A DNA stretch of 63,853 nt, filler included, from Choristocarpus tenellus KU-1152 (GCA_964200185.2; 11 parts of 11 records of this genome joined end to end with filler, not necessarily neighbours in it), one strand, 5' to 3'. Shown: positions 51,557-63,853, counted from the first letter of the whole stretch. Translations and numbers: made by a program. Notes: generated by a model from the sequence alone, not told the origin.

Positions 51557-51862
51557 GACCAAAAGCATTTTAAGAGGATTAGGATTAGGGTTAGGGTTAG
51601 GGTTAGGGTTAGGGTGGGAGGTTTGCCCTGTTTGTCCGTTTGGGGCTTGTCTTCCCACGGAACTTTTGTGCCCCTTTTTCAGTTTTGTGTGTGAATACTA
51701 ACCCTAACCCTAAAATGTATAAACAACTAGGAAAGGTGTGTGTCCAGAGCAATGATGTTGATACTTGCTGACAAACACGATAGCCAAAACGCATCAAAAA
51801 TCGCAACATTGGATTTTGGTCCCCAAACTGATGCGGCCCTACCGTCTTAAATGCTCTGACTC
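51557..51862 (+). mobile_element. MITE family A copy carrying expanded TTAGGG arrays
   Basis: Family A interior; (TTAGGG)n in the left TIR and (CCCTAA)n internally. Confidence 0.75.
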
Positions 51863-53192
51863 TTGATGATTAATCTGTTAGGAGAGAAGTAGTTTTCTGT
51901 GCCTGTACTTATTGTGTCTCCTCTGACTCAAAAGTATGTGGGGGNNNNNNNNNNNNNNNNNNNNNNNNNNNNNNNNNNNNNNNNNNNNTTAATTAATTAA
52001 NNNNNNNNNNNNNNNNNNNNNNNNNNNNNNNNNNNNNNNNNNNNTGGTGTGTTGGGGAGGGGGGGGGTGGGGGGGGGGGTCAACATGAAGGAGGCACACA
52101 TGAAGCATACCCTAATCAAGCATAAAAAAAAAGAAGGCAGTGGCGAAGGGGATGAGCGTACTTGAGCTTACACCCCCAGTAGTTACAATACTAGTGAGGT
52201 CAAGGCGGTGTGAATCTTGGTCGCCAGTGTGTTGTTGCAGTGTGAGAAAATTTCAGCGAAGTTCTGGGCGCATCCTTAGGCTATACTGATATACTGCCAG
52301 TGACTCACATCTTCACATATCGAATATTGTAGGCAGCCATCAAACAAATACGGACCGGCTATATAACTGGTGTGTGTGCTTACTTAGCCTACTTTACAGG
52401 GAGGGAGGGAGCTGTGAGGGCTGCTGCAGCCGGTGTGAGGGAAATGGGATGCGATGATGTGTTTTGACTCTAGTTGGTAACCTAAAAAGGAGAACTTCAA
52501 ACACGTCTCTTGAGGTAATAATACAAGAAACGCGGTGGCATGCAGGGGAGCAAAGGATTCACCATGGAAGGCTTTTGGCTCCATTGCTGTTAATGCATCT
52601 ACAGATACTTGGGAAGAAACAAACGCCTACATCATCCTGTTTTTCCTCCTTGTCAAGATTATGCGGCCCTCCCACAAGTTCAAGCATCTGGCCATACATG
52701 AAAACGCCTGATGGAGCAAAGGCTGTGTTGTACAGGTGAACAAAATATCACTACTACAGTGGTTTAGCTGTAGCTGCAGCCTTTGCTATCATTAACAGCA
52801 ACTTTCTCGAGGATTGCTGAGAATTGCTGCCCTGGGATTGTTAGGGTGAACGCAATACACAACTCAGTGATTTCTTGTTATTGTTAGCATGATTCCTCCC
52901 ATACAGACATGACGGTGAATACCTCTGAGGGACTTCGAATTCCCTAACATGGAGCACTGTTCACAAGGCGAAAAGCTCATTTGTTGCACACCTGATGTGT
53001 ATCACATTTGCTGAGAGACCGAAATAAAAAAATGAGATTTTCACCCAGAAGCACTGAAAGATAGGGTTTCGGATACATGCAAAAAAGCAAGAGTCGTGGT
53101 TCAAGGTGGGGGTGTGTGCTCACAGCTGGTACAACTCGGCAGGCAAGGCAAGCAGCTAATGATTACATTTTGAAAAAAAAAGGATCACTCAC

Positions 53193-54583
53193 TGAGTTCA
53201 TAGAGCATGAAGAGCTTCTTGCTCTTGCTGGTCACAGACTTGACAGACTTCACCAGGCGCCGCTGCTCTAGTGTCTTGAGGGTCTTCGTTAATGTTTGCT
53301 GTCGCAGGTGTCACAAAGTAGAAATAGGGTTGGTTCATGGGATAATGGGTAGGGGATGAGGTTTCTGGTTCGATGGGCAACAACATAGGTGGACAGAAAT
53401 CCTAAGTGGCAACCAGCATTAGTAACCTCTCGAATGACCAATGAAGCCTTGCCTGCTGGATGTTCGTGCTCGACTTGATATCCCGTGTCCAGATACCCTT
53501 ATTCCCTGACTTCTCAATCACTTGGTATATCATCATCTGCTCTGCACTGTAGACAATGGTGGGGGAGGTGGGAGCGATTGCAACGGTACGCGTGAAGGTC
53601 AGTCGACAGACAGCCATAAATTGAACTCAATGTTGATATCTTGACTAGGGGTAAAGTGAAACAACCAAAAGACGACTAGTCAATAAGCCCAGTAGCAGGC
53701 GGACCTAGCAGAAGCGAGAATAGCTGTTTCTAAGTCTCCTTGTTTTCCCGCATCAATCTAAAGTGCAAGGTCCCCAAGCTTGCCTTTCGCACCAATCAAG
53801 TATCCACGGAAAGTTAACCCACTTGTCAGGACGTTCGAAAACGCGTAGCTCCTCCAAGGTCACGTCATACTTATAATAGTTTCTCGGATGTCACGTCATA
53901 ACTGTGGGTGTCTAAGATGACAGGGTAAGAGGGAAAACTCACGAGAGGCCCTTGAGCTTCTGCGCCTTTTCTTCCTGGATGAGCTTGTACCAAACAGTGT
54001 CGTTCTCGCCCTTGAGTAGAATAAGTCGGTTCTGTTGAGGATGAGCCAGGGAGGAGGTTCAGAAGAGCAAGATAGACGGCTTAGGTCAATCGACATGTAG
54101 GGACAGTGAGCTATTGATGGAGTAGGACATCATCAGGTGAAGCGAGAGATAAGATTGAAGCAGGAGTGGTGGAAGTCCAACAGTAGGGAGAGTATTCGAC
54201 AAAAAATTGCTGTCTGGGTCACCATGAGTGAATACTAAACACGGGAGACGCCTCACATCAACCAAGAGGGAGTTCACGACATCAACCAGGTAGGGATAGT
54301 CATCACCAAACTCCTCGCTTAGCGCTTCGCTGTGGACGCCATTGGCCTGCAATGAAAAGGTTCATTAGCAGGGTTCAACACAATTCTGGTTAGATCATCG
54401 CATGGACACGAAGGACTAGTAAGGGAACGAGAAGGGAATAAAGCGCACTGGTTATCGTTTTTTAGGACAGGATGAGGCATCTCTGTTCAGCAAGGTACAA
54501 ACAACACTCACGTTGGTGCACGCCGTAAGCATGTCCATCAGCTTGGTGTGGAGACGTTTGAAGTGTTCATCAGAGAGAGGCAT
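53193..54583 (-). CDS. POLR3F: RNA polymerase III subunit RPC6 (C34/RPC39), exons 1-5 (54512-54583, 54257-54346, 53943-54031, 53453-53546, 53193-53298); C-terminal exons not found
   Basis: MPLSDEHF..VVNSLLVD-NRLILLKGENDTVWYKL..KLKGLSAEQMMIYQVIEKSGNKGIWTRDIKSSTNIQQ-QTLTKTLKTLEQRRLVKSVKSVTSKSKKLFMLYEL. This contains the RPC34 winged-helix motifs (IE..GNKGIW.RDI, L..LE...LVK.VKSV...KK..MLY). Confidence 0.93.
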
Positions 54584-55295
54584 CTTCGCATTGGAGACTG
54601 TCGACTAGACCACCCCTAGTTTTCACTACCTAATTCAACCCAACCTCCTGATTGAGAAGCACCGTACTGGTGAACCAAGTAATGTTGGGAAGTAAGAAAA
54701 CAACAGTACTAAAATCAATGTACAAGAAATTCATGAGGAGGGGGATAGATTGGTTTGAGTACACTAGTACAAACTGTTTTATATATCTTCACAACAATAA
54801 CATTTATTTTGAGTAGTGGTTGGTAATAGTAAGAGCAGTATTAATGCTATCGGATCTCTCAAGTATCGTTTTTGTATAGCGGTGTGTGTGATCGGTGAAA
54901 CTCTCATTATTTTAGTTAGTAAAAAAATCAAAGAAAAAACTAGAAAGTCAAATATCTTAAATTGGAGTTATTACCCATATTTATTTGTACTTAACCTAAA
55001 AAAGTAACCAATACAGAAAGAAACTCCTCTACTTCTACTTCCAACACTGCTTTTCCCACAACTTTCTTGAAACAGATACACTACAAAGTCGTTTCCACCA
55101 TTCGACTTGTCCTAACTCGAACCCTAAGCCTAACCCTGGAAACCGCCAGTCCCTGCCTGGTCCATCCCAATCATAAAAATAGCTGGTGCGAGGGTAATAA
55201 GCAACTCGGACATCGGAAGTTTCAACGAACTGATTCCGTTCACAAGAATAACAGTGATTATTCTGAACCTCTGCAATGTTGAGATGATTGCCTCG

Positions 55296-55522
55296 GAGTC
55301 AAACCAGTTGAGAGGTAGGCAGGTTTGGACACTTTTGCATTCTAATCCGTCTTTCTTACCCTGTGCAATACACCAGTTGATATTCCCCTTTTCCACACAC
55401 AATGTGATACCACAAGTAAATGAAAGCCTCTATCTGCAATAGTACAAAATAGCATATTTTGCTCTTTTCTTGGGTATCCAAAAAAGAATGCAACCCTGCC
55501 TACCTCTCCGTTGGTTTGACTC
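55296..55522 (+). mobile_element. MITE family E
   Basis: TIRs gagtcaaaccagttgagaggtaggcagg / cctgcctacctctccgttggtttgactc; TSD ctcg/ctca. Confidence 0.85.
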
Positions 55523-56371
55523 CTCACTACTACAACAATACACTTGATAAATTCCCGTAAGTAGCACGTATCTGTTGTATGGACCTGAGATTGCAAATTT
55601 CAGTTGCTCTCAAGTACAAAATTTGTTGTTTATTACTAACATGGACTATCCTCCTTTTCAAAAATCTTTAACAACAAAAAAGAGATACATTTGCAATGTA
55701 CGTGTAAGTTTCGTGGGATTCTTCCCTTAATTCTTGCCCACTTACATAATAGAAACAGTTCATAGTTGTTTTTGGTTGTTTTACAGGGTTTTTTTACCTC
55801 TGGATGTTTTACATAAACATCCCTTTGTCGTTAGTGTTTGTGATATATACTTAGCAGGGACAGGTTGGAGACACAACAAGGCAGTAAGTGTAGTACAACA
55901 TAGTAGTAGCAAAATAGGAAATAGACTTAACGTTTTTCACTTTTGTGACAAGTGTTACCTCCTTAGTAGGGACCTTTCAGACATGTGAATAGTTTTCATT
56001 AGTTTTTCCCCTGGTACGTCTGTAAAATGTTACAGGGTATAATAATAAAATAAAATGTAGAAGAATATAGTTCTAGTCCATTCTGTTTTTATGTTTATAT
56101 TTTTGTTTGTTATTACATGACCTTTTTGTGAGAGTCACATTGCACAGAAGGTATACCCTGAAGGTGACCTATCTTGAACATCAGGATATTCATGTTACTT
56201 TTGTTGTTTTTTGCATNNNNNNNNNNNNNNNNNNNNNNNNNNNNNNNNNNNNNNNNNNNNTTAATTAATTAANNNNNNNNNNNNNNNNNNNNNNNNNNNN
56301 NNNNNNNNNNNNNNNNGGGGGGGGTTGAGAGGGGTTTGCTTGAGACTTCGAAGGGAGGTTTCACGGCTCTC

Positions 56372-56695
56372 CTAATTCCAACAGAAAGACAAGATGACTG
56401 AGACATCCTTCTCCTGTTCCAATGTTCGATTTATTTATTTTTTAATGGATCTCAGTGGAAAATTCTTCCTCTTTTACTTTTCTGCTCATCATTTATTTTA
56501 CAAAAATATATAAAATTTTCCTTCTTTTTTTTTCTTCAACGCTCTCGTCCTCTGTACCCATCTCTCTCTCTCCCTCCCTCCCTCCCTCCCTTTGACGCAC
56601 GAGTTCAAGTGCTTTTGAACCACCACCACATGCGTCCAAATCCCTCACGCAGTCCACAGTTGAATCGAAATCAACTCGCTGTGAGGTTGTCAACC

Positions 56696-56732
<37 letters not shown>

Positions 56733-59447
56733 ATGATAGATAGAATGATAGATAGATAGATAGATAGATAGAATGATTTCTCCATTTATCGAGTAATTCC
56801 ATTGTTCGAAGTATTTTATGCAAGTATTGCAGACACCGTATCCTCTACTGAGTTCCATCTCCCCTCTGTTGGCCCAGAAAACTTCACTTGTCAACAGCAA
56901 TCAATGCCTTCCTTCTCTTGTCACATACACATCCCCGTCCTGTTCCAAGGACACCGACAAAACTCGTTTGTTTTTTATTTTTTGTTTTGTTTGTTTATTT
57001 AAAATGCATGTAAAATGTCCTTTTTTTTCAAAATTGTGTCAAAACTTCTCGAACAAGAAATAAATAATATATATATGTGGAAGTGTTACACTTTCTAGCG
57101 GAAAGAAGATTAGGAATGATATGCGTAAGTGTTACACTTTCTAGCGGAAAGAAGATTAGGAATGATATGCGTAAGTGTTACACTTGCTAGCATAAAGAAG
57201 ATTAGGAATGATATGCGTAAGTGTTACACTTGCTAGCGGAAAGAAGATTAGGAATGATATGCATAAGTGTTATACTTGCTAGCGGAAAGGGTCCTACACA
57301 ACCAACCAACACACATCCAACCATAAGATGCCCACAGACACCCATTAAAAACTCAACCGATGGTATCCTCCTCTTAAACAGAATCACCCGCGGATCACTC
57401 ACATACAGAGGGACACTCCAAATTTGAAGTATCAATGCGTTGAAGTATCAACGCGTTAACACTCCAAATTTGAAGTATCAATGCGTTGAAGCATCAATGC
57501 GTTAACACTCCAAATTCGAAGTATCAATGCGTTGAAGTATCAATGCATTAACACTCCAAATTCGAAGTATCAATGCGTTGAAGTATCAATGCGTTGAAGT
57601 ATCAATGCGTTAACACTCCAAATTCGAAGTATCAATGCGTTGAAGTATCAATGCGTTAACACTCCAAATTCGAAGTATCAATGCGTTAACAACATTATCG
57701 AACAAAATCTGCACCTGTTGTCATGTCATGCCATAATCTTCAAAGCCGACTGAAGAGTGTCACGCAATCATTGCCACAGCATGACCACAGAGCCGGCCAC
57801 AGCATGGCCACAGAGCCGGTCTCTTGAGTGCCTGTCCACTTGACACTCCCAACGCATGCCCTAAGAAAAAGATCGTATTCAACACCCAACAGTTACATAC
57901 CATACACACACCCAACAGTTACATACACACACACATTAAGAAAATGTACCCATGTACAGTCATCACACCTCACCGCTACGTCAAAAAATGTTTTCCCAAA
58001 CCGATCAGTAGAAATTTCTCAGAAAATTCTGTGGCGTGACACATCCATCGATAAAAAATAAACAAATAAAAGAAAACAAATAAAAGAAACCCAAGACATC
58101 GCTAAGCACTTAAGACCTAAGACTACACTAACACTTATCTCAAGACGATTGCACGCATTCGGGCGCAATCCGTAACACTGACCCTAACCCTTGCACTGTG
58201 GTTGCAATGCAGGTCACACACAAAACACCTAATACATATATAGAGAGAGCCGGTTTTAAAAAACGCCTGTCTTCCCCTGCCTCTATCGGGCTATACTACT
58301 CTTGTGCACAGACATCGATATATATAAATATATATATATATAACAATAAAAATAAAAATACACTGTGCTGTACTATCCCTCCAGTTTACAAGTCAGTTAC
58401 ATGCTCTACAGCAACCACACCTCCAGGGCGCTACGCATTACTCCTTACGGTTACAAGGGCTCTAGAGCGCCACAGAGTCTATACAGATAGATATACTACG
58501 CCCAGAGCATACTTACTTACACCAGTGCCGCATGTTGGTACATACAACAACGGGCACCAATTCAAAACCTCTTGTTTGTATTGATTGGTAGTTTGTATTG
58601 ATACAGAACAATTACCAACCAATTACCTGTGCACGTCCATAAACGCTAATTACCATACAAACCAAAACAAAAAAAAACATTAATCTGGGATGGGTGTCAT
58701 AAAGATCACCCCCTGGCATGAAACACAAGTGCACACACACAAACACACAAACATACAAACACACACAAACACACACACACACACACACACCTGTGAGTTG
58801 GTGTTTCCCCAAGCCACTGCACCCGGGTGCTGATGGAGAGCAGCCTCTAGCTTACGCTGGCTGTCTTTTATCGCTATAGGCCACAGTCCCTCCTTTATAA
58901 ATAGGTCTGCAGTGGGACTGGACAGACCTATCCCACCCTGTATGCATGCCTCCACCGCTGACGTAAGCGCGACCAATGCCTCCTGCACAGAGAGAACAAG
59001 GAAAAAAAAAATAAGTGCGACGAAGTATATATATATATACCTCAAGATTTATTTTTTTTAAATAAAAGTTTTAAATGTTTGAGATTCTCAGTTGGTTCAG
59101 TAGAGCACCGCCCCACCCCCCCCTTGAGTCACACCCACCCTGGATGGAGTGTACAACTAATACGAGAACCCTGGATGGAGTGTACAACTAATACAAGAAA
59201 TTCTCACTCCTTCCATGTAACAGCAAAAAACGTTGACAACGGACACAACTACACTTGACACGCCTTCCTAAATTCATGATAAAAACAAAAAAACGACGGT
59301 ACGCCCTTCCCCCCCCCAAAAAAAAAAAGAAAAAAAGACACACACACACGCACACACACACACACACAGTTTACTCAACAGAACAAATGCAGCCGCTTGC
59401 CAAGCATCGCGTTCAAAAGCACTCTGAGGAGATCGCCACTCTATTCC
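56372..59447 (-). CDS. 3' exons of an unidentified gene (about 59447-59390, 58791-58982, 56601-56678, possibly terminal 56372-56413)
   Basis: Phase-0 AG/GT exons EALVALTSAVEACIQGGIGLSSPTADLFIKEGLWPIAIKDSQRKLEAALHQHPGAVAWGNTNSQ | RVDFDSTVDCVRDLDACGGGSKALEL | EKDVSVILSFCWN*. An upstream GIEWRSPQSAFERDAWQ exon has an uncertain donor. Confidence 0.55.
56697..56772 (+). repeat. (GATA)n microsatellite
   Basis: Direct reading. Confidence 0.95.
57081..57290 (+). repeat. 46-bp tandem repeat x about 4.5
   Basis: Unit aagtgttacactttctagcggaaagaagattaggaatgatatgcgt. Confidence 0.9.
57413..57690 (+). repeat. Compound tandem repeat (acactccaaatt plus 1-3 copies of a 16-bp gaagtatcaatgcgtt subunit)
   Basis: Six higher-order units, mostly 46 bp. 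Confidence 0.9.
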
Positions 59448-59774
59448 CTGCATGACAAGATTCATTACAAGATTCATTACAAGATTCAAGCAGAACCTAC
59501 TGCCCCCGCCTTACCTTACCTGCAACAGGGCACACACAACTCAAATCAAATCAAATTTTAAAAGATAAAAAACAAAACAAAAACAACAAACAGTTCGTTG
59601 TTGAATCAATCTCTCCCTGACAACAAGACACCTTACTCTTTCAATAATGCCACCTGTTACACCCTCCACCAACCCCCCCCAACCCNNNNNNNNNNAAAAC
59701 AAAAAATTTTTTTTTTTTTTTTTCTTCTTCCCCCCCACCCCCCCCCCTCTCCTTTTTTTCTCTCTCTCCCTTTT

Positions 59775-59823
<49 letters not shown>

Positions 59824-60233
59824 AAACGTGACACTCCCCGTTCCAGGAACGATCCCACCAAACAAACAAAAAAGTTGGCAAAAAATTACACATGGGCCAG
59901 CAGCGCCCAGACCGGTGCTTTTGGTTGATTGGCTGCAAGGTGTATGACTGTGTCTCAAACTGTTGACAGTGTATGTTACATTTACTTTACCATTAGCACA
60001 AAACTAAAAATTATATCCTCTGACCTCCCCACTGACCTGTCATACTTGTCAGTAAAACAGGGAATCTTCTGGATATTCTTGAGAGCCCCCCCCCCCACCC
60101 CCCCCCCCCCCCCCCCACCCACAACCCCCCCAANNNNNNNNNNNNNNNNNNNNNNNNNNNNNNNNNNNNNNNNNNNNTTAATTAATTAANNNNNNNNNNN
60201 NNNNNNNNNNNNNNNNNNNNNNNNNNNNNNNNN

Positions 60234-61748
60234 CAGACCAATCAACAGTCAGTGTTGACTGGTGAAACTGCACTGTATCAAGGGACGAACAGATGAGTAG
60301 CCTATGTTTTAACGCAGAGCCCCAAATCACTTTTACAATGATATTGGACAGGGTTGGCCAGGTAGCGATGATGAGGCATGTGATATCCGAGCAAGTCCTA
60401 GAAATCGCTATGTTAGACTGTTTGGATGACGACTACCACATCACCGAACAATATCTCCAGCACCATCATAAGAGTGAGCTCTCGAGAGTCACGATACAGC
60501 AAGCTGTTCGTTCGAGCTACTTCTCTCTTCAACGGGAAGCACCTGATCGCGGAGAGCCAGGGAGCACTCTGTCCACCCAGACCCAGCTAAAGGTTAGCCG
60601 AGGTGGCAACCAAGGTACGACTGGTCCTCGTACATACCCTGGGACGACAGGATCCCGTACCAGGGGGCTGACCAAGGCCAGAGAAACATGCACAAGGTGC
60701 GGATTGGTAAAACACACAGATCCGTGTACATAGGACTGTGCTACAGCTGCGGGAGCAGAGACCACACCAGCAAGCTGTTTGCCCTCAGAGGAGGGTGGGA
60801 CCACCAACGTCGACGGGAAGTTCATATTGCCACAGGGCGACTCCACTAAAGTCGGCGGAAGAACTGGCTGGATCAGAGGAACCGGGTAGGCCAGGGGGGA
60901 AATTTAAGACCATGTTAGCCGCAATGACTAAGAATGGCGAGGTGAGCTTGAATGCTCTCGAAACGTGGTGTTTTGATTCGGGGGCCTCCAATAGTGCGAC
61001 AAAAGACTCAACTCATACGTATGATTTCACCGCATGTCCACAAGGCCACAAAATGACTGTGACTCACGGCACATCACTACCCATTGTAGGGTATGGAAAA
61101 ATTGATTTGAATTTCAATGTTGGCCACGATGAGTGGGTGAATGTAATGTTGGCATCTGTTGCACCTTTCCCGAAGATAGCTTTCACTCTTCTCTCTTCAC
61201 ACTCTGCTGGTGGGGCTAAGGAAGTGACCATCAAATTGACTGGTGATGCGTAGCACATATCTGATGGGGAGGGTTTCCCGCTTGGTTTTAAGTGGAATGG
61301 ATCCATGTATACGGCTAACGCCGAAAGGTTACCATCCCCACAAGAAACACCTTTCGTAGAAACTGTCTCTTCAACACACATGCACTTCAACGTTTTTCGC
61401 CGCATTCTCAACCATGTTGGTGAGCAAATCCTTCAACGCACTGCACATTGAACAAGGAATCACACTGTCCGGGAATTTAGCATCAACAAAGTGCATAGGA
61501 TGCATAAAAGGGATTAGGATAAAAGATCACGCCGCCAAGTCCACCAATGTACGAGCTAGCGGACCCTTCACTCGCATCTTTTTATTGATCTTACAGGACC
61601 ATAAAGTGCGTATCGGTAGGGTTGTGAGAGTGGTGGGTTGCTCCATGCTGCACCAGGACCACTAAAAATGAGCCGAATATTCCCCATTCTGTGCTCCATT
61701 TTTTCGGAAACATTTCAGAACGGAATTCTTTGCAAACTCTTCGATTCT
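60234..61748 (+). mobile_element. Ty1/Copia gag-protease-integrase pseudogene
   Basis: Zinc knuckles CTRCGLVKH..C / CYSCGSRDH, protease WCFDSGASN, pre-integrase CIGCIKG and GPFTRIF..DLTGP, with frameshifts and stops. Confidence 0.88.
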
Positions 61749-61970
61749 GGGTCAAAGTATCTGGGGGGGGGTGCCGGCGTCCGTTTTTGACCCTGGCTCA
61801 AAGTACCTGGGGGGGGTGGTGGCTGTCCATTTGGAGCTAAATTTTTCATGTCGCGATTTTTGGGTGATTTGGTTCCATACGTTGGATGGATAATGATAGT
61901 GCACTTTTCCTGGTGTTGGTCCAAATGGACACTTTGGTGAAGACCCTCCCCCCCCCAGATACTTTGGGTC
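61749..61970 (+). mobile_element. MITE family B, full copy
   Basis: TIRs gggtcaaagtatctggggg / cccccagatactttgggtc; flanks ttct/ttcg. Confidence 0.85.
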
Positions 61971-62749
61971 TTCGTTGTGCTAATGTTGAATATCCCAAGG
62001 AATCCAACGCAAAAATCCGCTTAGTAATAGGAGGTAATCTCAAAGAGCTATAACGAAACAGCACAAACGTATGGGATAGATAAAGTATCTTGCCCCTTAC
62101 TGTGCCATCTGAGTTGCACTCATTCCCAGAGTAGAGGCAAAAATACTCTACCCCTGTCTTCACTTCTAACTCCCAACCACTAGAGTCAAGCAAATTATCA
62201 AGTTCCTGCATGTACAAAGTTCTACTCACTTCTCCCAAGCCCCTTTAGGGTGAAGGAAATGGATGTGTTGTGTGACAAATGGGAAGGTCAAAAAGTGTTC
62301 GAGGAAGTGTTGTATTGTAGAAACATTGCCTCTTACCGTACCAAATTCAGTTGCCCTCAATCCCAGAATAGAGACACATATACTCTACCCCTGCCGAACT
62401 ACTCAAGCTCCTGTCTGTACGAAATTGTTCTCCATGCGCCAAAACCCCTTTGTAATGAAGGAAATTGAAGTATTGTGTGGGAAATTGGAAGGTCAAGAAG
62501 GTTTTTGTAGAAGTGTGGGATTGTAGATATCTTGCCCCTTGCCGTACCAAGCCAATTTCCCTTACTCCCAAAACAGAAGGTGCAACATATACTCTACCCC
62601 TGGCTTAGTACTCCTCACTGCCGAAATAGTCAAGAAGCACAAATACAAAAACCTGGGACTTAAACGTAAAAATGAAGTTTATGAAATCTCCTTTATGACA
62701 CATTGCCTGTGACAGTTCCTAAATGCACGAGTTTCGCCCGCAGCTCCCG

Positions 62750-63560
62750 AACCCCCTACATCATCATTCTTATCATGAGAGGGTGTAGCCCATCTTCTGG
62801 CATACTTAGCAGCAATGCACCCAACTACCATATCCTCCCCTCCTCACTTAGGGATTACTCCTGCCATTTAGCCTGTGGATAAGGGTATTGAGGGGTAATT
62901 TGAGTGGTGTCCTCATCTCACCTAGATGCTGCTCTATATGCTAACGCATTAGTCAATCTCCTAGTGTGTGTCCTGTCATCAATGGCCAAACCGTTTTTTG
63001 CTCAAGTACCCCCAAACTCCAATATTGACCTTGGCTACCTTCTTTCCCTAACTCGACAAGTCAATCTCTTGATCCCACTGTTGTATATGTGTATCACGTC
63101 TGACCTCTCCACACTCGTTAGTCTACCCACCCAACTCTCTTTCTCGTGTAATCCTCACACAGTCTGATTATCCCCATGCTCTTGCCATCAGGTCCTATTT
63201 CCCCACGCTATGCCGCCAGCAAAAATACATCTCAGAGTCCCCGACTACGCACAGACTCATTGAATAACCGAACCTTGGTGGCTCTATCAGAGTCTACAGG
63301 TACCTGCAAGGATTTGATTTAAAGCATTCCTCAGCGTCCGTCTTACTCATGACACACCCTGCATCGGTAAATTCTTTCGCGGTCTAGGTGTTATGCGCAG
63401 CATGAGGTAGAACTGCAGAAAAAAGCTTTTGGAAGGGGTGGGCGGTTTGGCAAGCAGCACCAGAGTTCTCCCTTTGGGCCCCTACCATCGTTCTAGCATA
63501 TGAGGTCATGAGGATTCCTGAACACCACCTACTAGTCACTATCTTCATTCTGGTATCTTG
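62750..63560 (-). mobile_element. DIRS/Ngaro-type (tyrosine-recombinase) retroelement RT remnant
   Basis: FRNPHDL..VMSKTDAEECF..QVPVDSDRA..FGYSMSLCVVGD..FCWRHSVGK*DLMARA parallels the YR-retroelement RT motifs (RIIHDL; SK.D...AFRQV.VD; FGWR.SPG). Confidence 0.5.
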
Positions 63561-63632
63561 TGACTGTACTGTTGGACCCGCCTTACACGAAACACCAACA
63601 TGTCTTCTGACTTATCCTCTGTCGATATCAGA

Positions 63633-63853
63633 GAGTAAAAGTATCTTAGAGGGTACGAGTTTTGCCCTTTTTGTCCCTTTGGGTCTTGACTTCCCATGTT
63701 TGTTTTATTAAATTTTTCCTAATCAAAAATATTTCGGAGTAGGTAAAATGTATACGCTATGAAATGGTGTGTCTGGAACAAGGATATTGACACTTCCTAA
63801 CAAACACGATAGCCAAAATTACATCAAAATCGCAACATTGGATTGTGGCCCCC
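63633..63853 (+). mobile_element. MITE family A (runs off the window)
   Basis: gagtaaaagtatcttagagggtacgagttttgccc... Confidence 0.8.

Noticed and set aside
59541-60189. Poly-Gly/Pro/Lys/Phe ORFs in the ORF track (also near other gaps)
   Set aside because: Translations of homopolymer runs and low-quality contig ends.

Overview
Eukaryotic, intron-rich, repeat-rich scaffold segment of about 42% GC (estimated by eye). It is probably from a photosynthetic ochrophyte such as a brown alga or relative, inferred from a signal-peptide plus ASAFAP-type plastid presequence, long GT-AG introns and abundant TTAGGG repeats. Ten 100-bp assembly gaps each contain an artificial TTAATTAATTAA linker. Genes reconstructed by hand from splice sites: (1) the first three exons of a cytosolic fructose-1,6-bisphosphatase; (2) a complete five-exon selenoprotein K gene with an in-frame UGA (C-terminus GGG-U-G) and a canonical SECIS hairpin about 530 nt downstream, which the ORF track does not show; (3) a two-exon plastid-targeted 2Fe-2S ferredoxin-domain protein; (4) the N-terminal exons of a Ski2/HelY/ISE2-type DExH RNA helicase; (5) the N-terminal five exons of RNA polymerase III subunit RPC6; (6) two unidentified multi-exon genes, an orphan terminal exon and a four-exon pseudogene disrupted by a MITE. 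The rest is transposon-derived: Copia, DIRS/Ngaro-like, LINE-like and Gypsy-like relics, a long-TIR foldback element with a nested LTR element, and three MITE families sharing GRGTCAAA-like termini and 4-bp target-site duplications (Sola2-like). Short interstitial TTAGGG arrays are common, and some appear to have arisen inside MITE copies after insertion.
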